DNA of 64,000 bases, taken from positions 21,502,903 to 21,566,902 of the forward strand of contig NC_068994.1 of the NCBI RefSeq assembly GCF_001194135.2, written 5' to 3'. Origin of the DNA: Octopus bimaculoides. Its lineage: Eukaryota. The notes beneath the pieces were generated by a model. The model saw only the letters and a list, made by a program, of their open reading frames with translations. It ran no database searches and was not told the DNA's origin. The translations under genes and the position numbers were made by a program. Each line of letters starts with the position of its first letter. Position 1 is the stretch's first letter. This document shows positions 53,765 to 64,000 of the stretch, piece after piece.

Positions 53765-54490
53765 TAACAAGAGTTTCTTCCTTTGACTTAAGGCCACATT
53801 TTAGGGGAGGGTTACAATTAAATGACATTTGATACTTAATTTATAAACCTTGGAAGGATGAAAAGCAAAGTTGACAGAAGGCAATTCAGTCCGGTGCTCT
53901 GTTTTATCAAGTGTGCTGTTATCATTTCTGTCACTTGGTGAAATAATAATCATAATAATTGTTTCTAAATTAAGTACAAGGCCAGGAATTTTTGAGTGGA
54001 GGTGTACTACTTGACTGGTATTATGTTATTGATCCTGGAAGGATGAAAGTTGATCTTGGTAAACTTTGAACTGAGAACATAACTGAAACAAATACTGAAA
54101 AGTAGTTTTTCTCGTGCTCCCATTATTCTATGTATCTTCTATTCTGATAACAATACTAATGATTTCAAATTTTGGGGAGGGGGCAAATCAATTTTATCAA
54201 CCCCGGTATTCAACTGGTACTTATTTTATTGACCCTCGAAAGGTTGAAAGCAAAATCGATCTTGGCAGAATTTGAATTAAGAACATAAAGATGGACAAAA
54301 TGCTGCTAAGCATTTTTGCCCTGTACTAATCATTCTGATAGCTCACCACTTTAAATGATGATGATAATACTTTCTGCTATAGACCTGACATTTTGGTGGA
54401 GGATGAGTGGTCAGCAACATTTTATCAACCCCAAAAGGATGAAAGGCAGGCAAAGTCAGCTTCAGCAGAATTTGAACTCAGAATGTAATG
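53765..54490 (-). mobile_element. Array of four partial Deu/Nin-like SINE copies
   Basis: Repeated GAAGGATGAAA..AAAGTTGA cores, mostly separated by (AAT/GAT)n. Confidence 0.7.
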
Positions 54491-54999
54491 GTCTGCTAAA
54501 TGATAAGGATAAAACAATCAGTTGTGAATATAGCTTGGTCATGTATACTATGCTTTCACTAATAGCTTTAAGTGCCTTTGAAGCCACAGCCATAAACCTT
54601 TTCTTGGCCCCCTTTTCCTTGATCCAGCTGAGCATTCAGGATGTGGTCATCACACACAAAGATCGCTATGAGAGTATTACAGCTAAGTAGACTGCAGCAA
54701 CATGAAATAAAGTGACTTGCTCAAGGACAAACATGCTGCCAGGTCTAGGAATTGAACTGACTATCATATCATGAACTGAACACTCTTCATTACTAGGTCA
54801 TACACCTATACATGGTGATAATAGTTTCTTTATTAGCCACAAGGTTTTGAAGAGATGATGAATGCTAAACAGGGGGTTGCAAAATGTGTGAGGTAGGACA
54901 AAAGTGATGAAACAAAGACAAGGTGAAGAGTGATGGTTGCTATACATATATATATATAAAGGGACAAGTTAAAATGCATAAAAACGGAATAATTAAAAG

Positions 55000-56050
55000 T
55001 GTGTCATTAAGATAAAATATACATTAAACAGAAAACGGGAAAAACAATATTCTCGCTGATGAGTAATCTATTAACTAATCAAGTTAGAACACTCCAGATC
55101 TCTACTCATCTGCTATTGCTTATGTTTCAGTCTGGTGCACCCAAAGGGGCTTGTTATCATATTTTTAGTGAGTTGGGGTAAGTGAAAACCCATGTCATCA
55201 GAATACATTTCTTTCAGTTTATATTCTTCAGTTATTTTTACCAACCTCCTGTCTTTTGAAGATTTCCTTAAATCCAACCTTGAGTTTCATGAATCAATAT
55301 ATCCACTACACTGTAAATGTGTGGTTGTGTCTATTAGGTTTTTGTTCGACCTTTGAAGGATGGTGATTTCAATCCATCCTGTTTTTCATCATTGTTTTCC
55401 TTCCTATCATGAGAAACTTTCATGTTTGCTATTGCTAGTCATCTTTTTTTTGTGATGTCTTTCTCTTATGTTTTGCAGTTTGGAAAGTTTGCTCCACAAC
55501 CATTATCTCTCTTTCGTATGATAATGGGGTGTCTGCTCATTTGTTTCCAAAACTGGATACAAGACAATAGCCACCATTCTCAGAGCTGTGATTGATGGGG
55601 CTTTGGAGACTGAGGCTTATTGTTGCTGCTTCAGCTTGTCCCCATTGCTTTCCTTCCTTATTTTTCAATTCTTTGGGGTAAAAAGCCTTCAGCTAGGTCT
55701 TTTGTCCTACAGTGCTATGCCATTTGTCTCAGTAGCCTCAACATATCTACAGCTCTGTTGTGGTCTTTGGAGGGCATTCTCAATGACCACACTGCATCTT
55801 GTCACTCCTATTTTAATCACCTGCCCATACTGTGATACAAAAATGACCAGACATGGATTCACATTGTTTCCAACGTCCTTCATTGTCACCTTGTATCTGA
55901 AGGCACAAGTGTATGGTCAGAGTTATACCTATTTCAGTCTAGGTTTTGGCTGAGTCTCTATTCTTGAAAATGCAGCAAACCACGTCATAAACCTGCCTCT
56001 TCTTGACTGAGAGAATTTCTTCTAACCACTGTTTTGATGGCAATTAGAAA
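55000..56050 (-). mobile_element. Possible Penelope-like element remnant
   Basis: Weak EAATI..S.IN...NGGY.L motif like a GIY-YIG C-terminus, a (TA)n just beyond the end and a degenerate hammerhead core; heavily decayed. Confidence 0.35.
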
Positions 56051-56684
56051 CGGCTTTTTTTTTTAAGAAGAAATATCTTATTTTCCTCTTTGATCTCTTG
56101 GATTAGATTATGCAGGAAAGGGACACCAGTTGGTTTTATAAGATTCTCCCAATTCTTTTTTCAGGGAACTGTGTTAAATCTAAAAAACCACAGAGGCAAA
56201 ACTACTATTTGGTTAATCATGTATATTTCTCTGTGCATGAGTGGTTTGTTATCGCCTTTGTTAAAATTATTTGCTAAACTGTTAGGAATGATTTTTTTCT
56301 GTTAATTATTCATTAAAATGTTCTTTATTTTCTTCTTTCTGTAAGTGTTCTTACTGAGGTGCAACTTGTTTTACAGCTGTCTTTTTCTTTTCTTTTTTTT
56401 CTTCATTTTGTGTACTGTTCAAATATGTTGCCTTGTGCAGCAGGCAAATCTGTTAGAGACTTTGACAGGAAATGTCATCAAGTTGTGAAAGTAATTAAAA
56501 TTAAGTCTGTGGAAAACCTATTTTAGTCTACCTCAGGGCATCAATGGTAGACTGTCCACAGGTAACTAAAATGCTTATTGGTAAGTACCCCAAAATATAA
56601 AAATCTGCGTCTGGTAATACTTGAAATGAAGTTGTATTCAGAGAGAAAAAAAAATCGCACCTTTATACTTTGAAAGACAATAAT

Positions 56685-56900
56685 AATTGTTTCAAATTTT
56701 AGAACTAGATCAGTAATATTTTAGGAGAGAGAGAGGAACTAGTCAATTACATTGCACTCAGTATTTGATAAGTTCTTCATTTTATTGACCTCGAAAGGAG
56801 GAGAGGCAAAGTTGTTTTTGGTGGGATTTGAACTTGAGACAAAGATGCCACTAAGCATTTTGTCCAACGTGCTTACGATTCTGCCAGCTTGCCACCTTAA
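56685..56900 (-). mobile_element. Deu/Nin-like SINE copy
   Basis: Homologous to 17967-18181. Confidence 0.72.
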
Positions 56901-57280
56901 TCACTAATAATAGCAATACCAATCTAATGCATTTTAAGTGGTGGTACTACTGGTGGTGTCATTTGTTCAGTAGCTCTGTGGTGCAAAATAAACAAAGCCC
57001 TGTCAATATCTCTTTTATGTTTATAGAACTATACTTACCTTTATACAGTATTTGTTTTTAATAAGGAGAAATCCCTCAGTGGAGATAATACCAAACCTCA
57101 TTTCAGTCAGCTAACTGTTCAACTCTTATTGGCATAGTAATACAAAAATAAAAATGAAAGTTTTCTTCATGAATTCAAGCTGTAAATGATGGAATCTTAT
57201 TTGTTGCTAACATTCACTTCAGGGCTTCTATAAGCAATCCTCTGATGCTAACTAAACTTAATAGTAATATCTGTTATCAT

Positions 57281-57522
57281 TGCACGTAAAATACACCATT
57301 TCGAGCATGGCCGTTGCCAGTACCGCCTGACTGGCCTTTGTGCCGGTGGCACGTAAAAGCACCCACTACACTCTCGGAGTGGTTGGCGTTAGGAAGGGCA
57401 TCCAGCTGTAGAAACTCTGCCAAATCAGATTGGAGCCTGGTGTAGCCGTCTGGTTTCACCAGTCCTCAGTCAAATCGTCCAACCCATGCTAGCATGGAAA
57501 GCGGACGTTAAATGATGACGAT
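57281..57522 (+). mobile_element. 5'-truncated RTE 3' UTR copy
   Basis: Near-identical to the other RTE 3' ends. Confidence 0.88.
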
Positions 57523-57619
57523 TGCTACAATATTGTAGCAGGAATGAAATGGTACACAGTTTTCAGGTTTCTTGTAACAATGATCTTATTTATGTAAAAT
57601 TTCATTTTGGGAATATTAA

Positions 57620-57820
57620 TCCCTGCTTCCAATATTGGTTTCAAATTTTGGGGAGGGGCAAGCCAATTACATCAGTGTCTAACGTTTATTTATTTTATTG
57701 ACCCTGAAAGGATGAAAGGCAAAGTTGACCTCGATGGAATTTGATCTCAGAACATAAAGATGGATGAAAAGCTGCCAAGTATTTTGCCCAGTGTGCCAAT
57801 GATTCTGCCAGCTTCCTACT
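57620..57820 (-). mobile_element. Deu/Nin-like SINE copy
   Basis: Homologous to 17967-18181. Confidence 0.75.
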
Positions 57821-59036
57821 TTACTCCACTCTTAATACTGATATTTTATTTTTGCTTGTCTTCCTGAGTTAAGATGGAGGTGCTAGGAGTAAGTAAAATT
57901 TGGACAGTTGTTATTTAGTAACAGAAACCCACTAACTCGTACTTTGTTATAAACTGTGAAGCTTTACAAATGTGTAACTAGTAAAGATCTTGTTGACCTA
58001 AAGGGGGTTCAAACTGTTAACAATCATGGACAGTTTGTGTCATTGCTTACTCATGCTGCAATTTTTTCTTTGTCAAATTATTCCTTGTTACCTATATATA
58101 TTTTTTCCTGGCTTTCTGATCCATGGACATTTAGAGGAGGATAAAGCATTTTCAATGTGGCAGTAAATAAGATGGTGAAATGTTTGATTCAGTGAGAAAT
58201 TATTGATTTGTTCAATATTTAATTTAAGAGACTTGTAATGTAGTAAACAACACCTGATAAAAGCTAACAAATATCAATAATAAGAGTTCCGTAAGTTGTC
58301 TAGAGTGGCTTGAGGTACCATTTAACTATTCTACACTGAAACTGATAGAAATTTCTGTCATAATTAAAATGACAATCCTCGAGTTACTGAAGAATTATAT
58401 GAAAATGAAATTATTTCAGAAAACTACAGGTGTGTGAGTCAGTTGGATAACTGACAGCCAGTTGACAATTAGTTTCATGTCACTGGTGATATTGTTTCTG
58501 TAGCCAATAGCCAGGTTAATTTAGCTGTAAATAGGTTTCCTTAGGTGTTATAAATCACTTTAGCCATCAGTGATACTGAAAAATTGGATGTCTCAGCTTG
58601 AAGTGTTGATTCCAATTAGTTGGCATAGTACTTTCATGGGAGAAGAGATTTTTCAGAAACCAATGACGAAATGTAGTGGGCCATGCACACTTGAAATTAC
58701 TTGATGAATTGGTCATGATAAAATTGCTTCAATATGAATAGCATAAAAGCAAAACAATTTTCTCAATAATAGTGAAGGACCACCACTGATTATTATAATA
58801 ATGAAAACAAATATTTAAATATGAAACTCCTTTAGGCTCAATAAAAGAATTCAATATACTTAATAGGAATTTGACATGAAGTACTGCAGTAAATTATGAT
58901 TTCTGACATCCTACAGCAAGATGCTTCAAAATATTTTCTTATTGCCTTTACTGATTTGATTCATTTTTGAAAGCAGACCACATGCCAAACACGTTAAGCA
59001 TATTTGTGCACTTTTATATATATATATATATATATA

Positions 59037-59848
59037 TTAATCAAAGTGTACATCCATTACAGTTGATCTTACCAATTGGTTTCACACTGGGGCTTCAACA
59101 GTGTTAGATAGCAATCCAATTATATAACCCTGTGCTCTTCAGAGATGACAGCTATGGAATGAAATATGGCGACTTTTCTCTATTGTTGAAGGTGAAAAGA
59201 CATCTGGTTTGTGGTTGCTGTGAAAAAGACGACAAAACAAATCGAGTAAGGGTTAAGAGTTATGCCCCTTGGCATATAAAAAAAAATACCTCTAGGGATG
59301 TTAGAAGGTGATAGGAGTTTACTGGAAAGTGTATATGGGAAATTTATGTATGTCTTGGGGTTGGTGTTCATGTAGAATTGGAATATATGCAGTGGTACTA
59401 TATGTGTATCGTTTTCAATGGAGCAGGTGCCCAAAGACCCCATAAGCTTCTGTGTTTTTTTTTTTGTTAAAGCTTTGGTTGAATTCTTTGGAGCATTTAA
59501 GTGGGTAGACCACTGTAATACAGAAACTGTCATGTATGAGGCAGAGGTAACAGTAATTGGACCAAATGGGCAACCAGTCATGTGAAAGTATGAGGGTGCA
59601 ACTGAAGATTCCTTCTGTATCCTATATAGCAACCACAAGTTCCTCAACATCCTGGAGGGTCGAAATGCCACAACCCTGGCCAAGCTGGTGGAAGGGCCGA
59701 AGTTGTGTGACTGGCAGTTATAGTTACAATGGAGTGCAGGGCTCCATAAGCGGGCTGTTAACTAACACTTTGTTGAACCCCTAGTATGAAATCTATTGGT
59801 AAGTTCAACCATAATGGATATATAATACTGTACTCTTAGATTAATATA
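59037..59848 (-). mobile_element. Penelope-like remnant, family A, with inverted pseudo-LTRs
   Basis: Terminal repeat on - (59037-59160) and inverted on + (59715-59848); CYIG/TEGIF and NYCYLCL GIY-YIG-like remnants between; inserted at (TA)n. Confidence 0.6.
59059..59155 (-). ncRNA. Type I hammerhead ribozyme motif A1
   Basis: ATCT-CTGAAGA-GCACAGGG..CCCAGTGT-GAAA-CCAATTGG-TA/AGAT; all three helices pair; predicted GUA cut between 59070 and 59069. Confidence 0.8.
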
Positions 59849-60436
59849 GCCACTCTATTGACAAATATATGAGTGCCTATTTTTCTGACTTATGGATTCT
59901 TAAACGGATATATATATATATGAGAAAAGAGATGACAAAGGAATAATTGATACAGGTACACATCACTATAAGGTGATGTGTACCTGAGTAACACCTTACA
60001 GTTTCATCAGAGCCTCAAAACATGCAGTTCCTTTGTTCCCACTTTTCTTATTACCGCTTTGTACCTGACTAATGTTTCATTCTGAAGGATACATATATTG
60101 AGTTCTACACCAGATTATTAGTATCGCAATGCCTAAGTGAAATATATATATATATATAGTAAAATAAGGATTCAGATAGAATCAGGTACTTGAAAAGATA
60201 TGCACCAGGTAGGACTGGATAAACTTATGGTTTCAGCCTATGGTTGGTAAGTATATTCCAGTTGTGTACACAGAGAAAACCAACCCTATGAGTATATAGT
60301 GCCTAGGGACTGGTCCAAGTCATCTGTTACTTTGAATAGTACATTGTTGGTATAGTCAAGGGTGTCCAACAAGTAATGAATTCCCTTGGTGTATTATAAT
60401 CAAATGAATAATAACACACGATGGATAATTGTCAGC

Positions 60437-60519
60437 TCATTACAGCTGTTTCTTACGTATCATTTTTAATAGAAGAAGGAGAACATTACTCCATTGCAAA
60501 ATCCATAATCATCAGATGA
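60437..60519 (-). ncRNA. Type I hammerhead ribozyme motif B1
   Basis: TCAT-CTGATGA-TTATG..CGTAA-GAAA-CAGCTG-TA/ATGA; helix III palindrome ACAGCTGT. Confidence 0.7.
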
Positions 60520-61578
60520 AAAGTAATTTTACAAACAAAAGAATATCCCAAGAGTACAGCAGGGATGTGGCTGAGGTCTGTCGAGGCAAACTATGAAATG
60601 GGAAAATGACCAACAGAGTTGGCCATTGAGGTTAAGAATATAGGTTGAGAATGTGTAATATGATATCTAAGGTCAGCAGCCCGGGTGAGATAAGAGTCTG
60701 CTGGAGTGGGGTTTAGATGATATTTTATTATAGTAGGCTTAGAGCAGTAGGAATTAAGGATAATGAAAGAAAGAATAAATAAAGCAAAACTAAGGGTGAA
60801 GAAAAATCAAAGCATACAAGCCAATTAAGCATGGGGTCAGGGTTTAGGATTTGCTAGCTAATCCTAAAGGATAAAAGGAGAGAGCAGAGATACACAGAAA
60901 TTTGGGGTATTCTGTAGATATTGGTAGAAAATTGGGGGAGGGTATGAAGGCAATCGAATAATAAGATCTAACTTTTATGGAATAGTAGTGTTAGTAAAAG
61001 TAGAGTACTATTTATCATTAAGGAGTTTAAAGAAAGAAGGATTATATAATAAACTCCACCTAGTATGGAGTTAGAGGAAATACCAGATTGGATATCAAGG
61101 AAAGCCAGCAGTAGGAAGTAATGTAATGATTAACAATATGGAATTTTATACAGGTGGTGCTAATATTATTTAATCAAATAGTATAATCACCTTTGTGTGA
61201 ATCAGGTAAAACAGGTCCAGACAATAGTCATAGGTAAGTGTGGATAGTGTGTTCTATCTATTATTTAACAAGCGCAGCTCAAATAACTGTATCTTGATGT
61301 GTGTATTTATATTAGGACCTCTCCTTAATTCCCAATGTTTTAAATCTACTATAATAAAATATCACCTACATCCCACACCAGTCTACCCAAGAAGCAGTCT
61401 AGCAGGCTTATATCTCACCCAGGTCACTGACCTTAGATATCATATTACACACTTTCAAGAACTATATTCTTAACCTCAACTTTGTTGGTCATTCTCCCAT
61501 TTCATAGTTGGCCTCGACAGACTTCAGCCACATCCCTGCTGTACTCTTGGGATATTCTTTTGTTTGTAAAATTACTTT

Positions 61579-61661
61579 TCATCTGATGATTATGGACTTT
61601 GTAATGGAGTGATGTTCTCATTCTTCTATTAAAAATGATATGTAAGAAACAGCTGTAATGA
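61579..61661 (+). ncRNA. Type I hammerhead ribozyme motif B2
   Basis: TCAT-CTGATGA-TTATG..TGTAA-GAAA-CAGCTG-TA/ATGA; predicted cut after 61657. Confidence 0.68.
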
Positions 61662-61707
61662 GCTGACAATTATCCATCGTATGTTATTATTCATTTGATT
61701 ATATATA

Positions 61708-62280
61708 TTAATCAAAGTGTACAGTATTATATATATATTATGGCTGATCTTACTAATCGGTTTCGTGTTAGGAATTCAACAGAGTGTTAGGTAACAGTCC
61801 AGTTATGTAACCCTGCGCTCATCAGAGGTAGCCATTATGGAATGAAATATGGTGACTGCTCTCTATTGTTGGAGGTGAACAGACATATCCAGTTTGTGGT
61901 TGCTGTGAAAAAGGCGATGAAATGAATCAAGCAAAGGATTGAGTAAAGAGTTATGTACCTTGCTATCAAAACATCATCACTTGGAGTGGTTTTGTTGCAA
62001 GTCAGTAAGAGTTTTCTGGAAAAGTTTGTGGGAAATGTGTGCATGGAAATGCAATATGTGTAGTGGTACTATATGTATAACCTTTGCAAGGAGCTGTGGG
62101 CATACACGTCCGTGTTCGTTAGTGTGTTTCCTTTTCTTTATGCATTGGTCAAATTCGTGGGGCCTTTATGTGGAGTGTGTTGGGGTACAATATGTGTGGA
62201 AGCTTTATATTGGGGGTGGTGGAAAAAAGGCTATTGGATAAGTGTCCACCACCATATTTGTGTTCTAGACACGGGAATTC
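61708..62280 (-). mobile_element. Second family A Penelope-like remnant
   Basis: Homologous to about 59037-59470, joined tail-to-tail to family B through a short (TA)n. Confidence 0.65.
61740..61835 (-). ncRNA. Hammerhead motif A2 (core intact, helix II eroded)
   Basis: ATGGCT-ACCT-CTGATGA-GCGCAGGG..CCTAACAC-GAAA-CCGATTAG-TA/AGAT-C-AGCCAT. Confidence 0.6.
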
Positions 62281-62741
62281 ATATGATTATGAGAAATTCT
62301 GGTGACGTCGAAGTAACTCCTTCTCCCCTCTCTCTTTTTTATATGTTTGTGCATACATATATACATACAGAGTCAATTCAAATAAATGAACATGAAAGTT
62401 AACAATAACAAACTATAAGAGGACGTGCACAAGGACTGTACTAGTTTGCCGCTCAGTAAAGAGAGAGTTTTGACGTTTTGAGTATAGTTCTTCGTCGGAA
62501 AGGAAAAAATCACAAACAGCACGTGTGTGGTTACATACATACATACATAAGTGCCAACGCACAAAACTCTCGGACCTTGAGTCACTCTGTTACTTCTGCA
62601 ATAGACCACCATGTGGTTTGTGTTCTATAGCTGTACTGCTGGATGTGTGCATACTCTCTCTGATGATAATGATACGGATTTATACAAGCTTGGTTACACA
62701 ACAAAAAATCTAAAACAGTTGTTAAGAGGTTATGTATCTCC

Positions 62742-62819
62742 GGCCAACGAGTCTGACGAGTCACCGATTCAGCTAAGTGCTTTACCGGTGTGAAATCAAT
62801 GATCACACTCTGAACGGCC
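62742..62819 (+). ncRNA. Hammerhead motif C (slightly degenerate)
   Basis: GGCC-AAC-GAGT-CTGACGA-GTCACCG..CGGTGT-GAAA-TCAATGA-TC/ACACTC-TGAAC-GGCC. Confidence 0.5.
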
Positions 62820-62960
62820 ATAACAAACAACCTTACAAGTATACATGCATATGTATGTATGTAAATAAATAATTAAGATTCAGTTGAATTAGGTACTTGA
62901 GTTGAGGCACCGAGTCAATCTGGTACGATCCACACAGCTCGAAGTTAGGTGAATAAAAAG

Positions 62961-63435
62961 CAAATAAGTAACACAGATGTCCAGGTATCAGTGCATTACA
63001 ACCGTTTCAAGCGGCTCCATTTAATCAATCAATGAAAACATTACATTAATTTGAAATAAACCGCTCTCCTCGGTTGTAGATTACATACTGCATTGAGTCT
63101 TTTGAATGTGATAAGAATAAAGATGAATGTAGCTATATCACCATTCCTTTTTCTTGACCCCCCACTATTTTCTTCTGCCACTCTACATTATAGTAGGCTT
63201 TAAGTATTTTTTCCTTAAATTCATTCTGCCACAAAAATAGCAAAGAGAAGCAATGTAATTATTTTAGTCTCTAGTACTGATGAAAAATTTGCTAAAAAAT
63301 TATAATGGCATATCTTGTATGTTAGAAATCTATATGGTCGTTTGCGACTGACGAGAGCAGTTTATTTCAAATTGATGTAATGTTTTCATCGATCGATTGT
63401 AATGCACTGATACCTGGACATCATTGTTACTTATT

Positions 63436-63437
<2 letters not shown>
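62961..63437. mobile_element. Inverted repeat pair (62961-63078 / 63343-63437) with decayed hammerhead, family D
   Basis: CAAATAAGTAAC..GATGTCCAGGTATCAGTGCATTACAA and its complement; the right arm has an internal deletion and ends at (TA)n. Confidence 0.7.
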
Positions 63438-63482
<45 letters not shown>

Positions 63483-64000
63483 CAAGGGAGGTAACTGCGC
63501 CTACAGATGGATAGATAGACAGACAAATAGATAGATAGATAGATAGATTTCTTTATTAGTCACACAGGGCCGAACACAGAGGAGACAGTACAATGTAGAA
63601 GTTTTCTTTTAGAAAGAAAGAAAGAAAGAATACGATCAAAAGCGTTTGGGATGTGTAAATAGCAAAATAATGCGGAGTAAAAATGTAAAACAGATTAGGT
63701 TTATCCGTGGAGAGAAAAGCCTACGAAAAAGACTATAGGAAAGTGGGTTATACCTCATTAGATGTATACCTGACTTTCCTATATAATATTAAGAATATAA
63801 CGGAACGCTGAACTCCAGACTATCAACTTAAACAACATTTATTTAGGTGGTTGATATATACATCTTTAGCTCTTGTTTGTTGTTACAGCTTCTGTGTGTG
63901 TGAGCATGGTTGTTGGGACGTTGGTATGTAGATGTAAGCGAGCTGTCTAGCGTAAGTTCGAAAGATGGAGAGAGACAGCTAAACACGTCCATGCTCAATT

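Larger units (their letters stand above)
60392..61703. mobile_element. Inverted repeat pair (60392-60736 / 61346-61703), probable Penelope-like family B
   Basis: About 350-bp arms, clearly complementary with indels; each carries a hammerhead core; TA-rich termini. Confidence 0.75.

Noticed and set aside
53765-54490. Regularly repeated motif with variable spacers, superficially CRISPR-like
   Set aside because: Units are long, diverged SINE cores separated by microsatellite tails; eukaryotic context and no cas genes.
55056-55112. CTGATGAGTA...TACTCATCTG inverted repeat
   Set aside because: A simple hairpin without a downstream GAAA box on that strand.
60082-60150. CTGAAGG...GAAATATATA possible hammerhead
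   Set aside because: The first box is mismatched and no helix adjoins GAAA.
62664-62730. CTCT-CTGATGA...AAAACAGTTGTTA-AGAG hammerhead-like match
   Set aside because: G12 is absent and helix II does not start at the core; too degenerate to call.

Overview
AT-rich metazoan genomic DNA with six N-gaps; the repeat content points to a coleoid cephalopod, probably Octopus (inference). One protein-coding gene can be assembled by hand: a 6-exon, + strand MARCH5/MARCHF5 (mitochondrial RING-CH E3 ligase), CDS 5082-48396, 906 nt, 301 aa, all introns GT-AG and in frame. The rest is transposon-derived: RTE and CR1/L2-type LINEs, Tigger/pogo remnants, TTAA piggyBac-type MITEs, Helentron-like elements, a Gypsy fragment, tRNA-derived SINEs and microsatellites. 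The most notable unexplained structure is a cluster of type I hammerhead-ribozyme motifs at about 59.0-63.4 kb. These come from at least four unrelated repeat families, most lie in inverted terminal repeats typical of Penelope-like elements, and they have long helix II loops, with palindromic helix III in families A and B. Also notable are an 880-bp fold-back element with head-to-head TTAGGG/CCCTAA repeats in the last MARCH5 intron, a local templated duplication, a one-sided SINE orientation, and a PHD-like finger inside the RTE reverse transcriptase. All folds and alignments were done by eye; nothing was searched or computed, and repeat boundaries are approximate. No CRISPR, rRNA or genuine tRNA genes were found.
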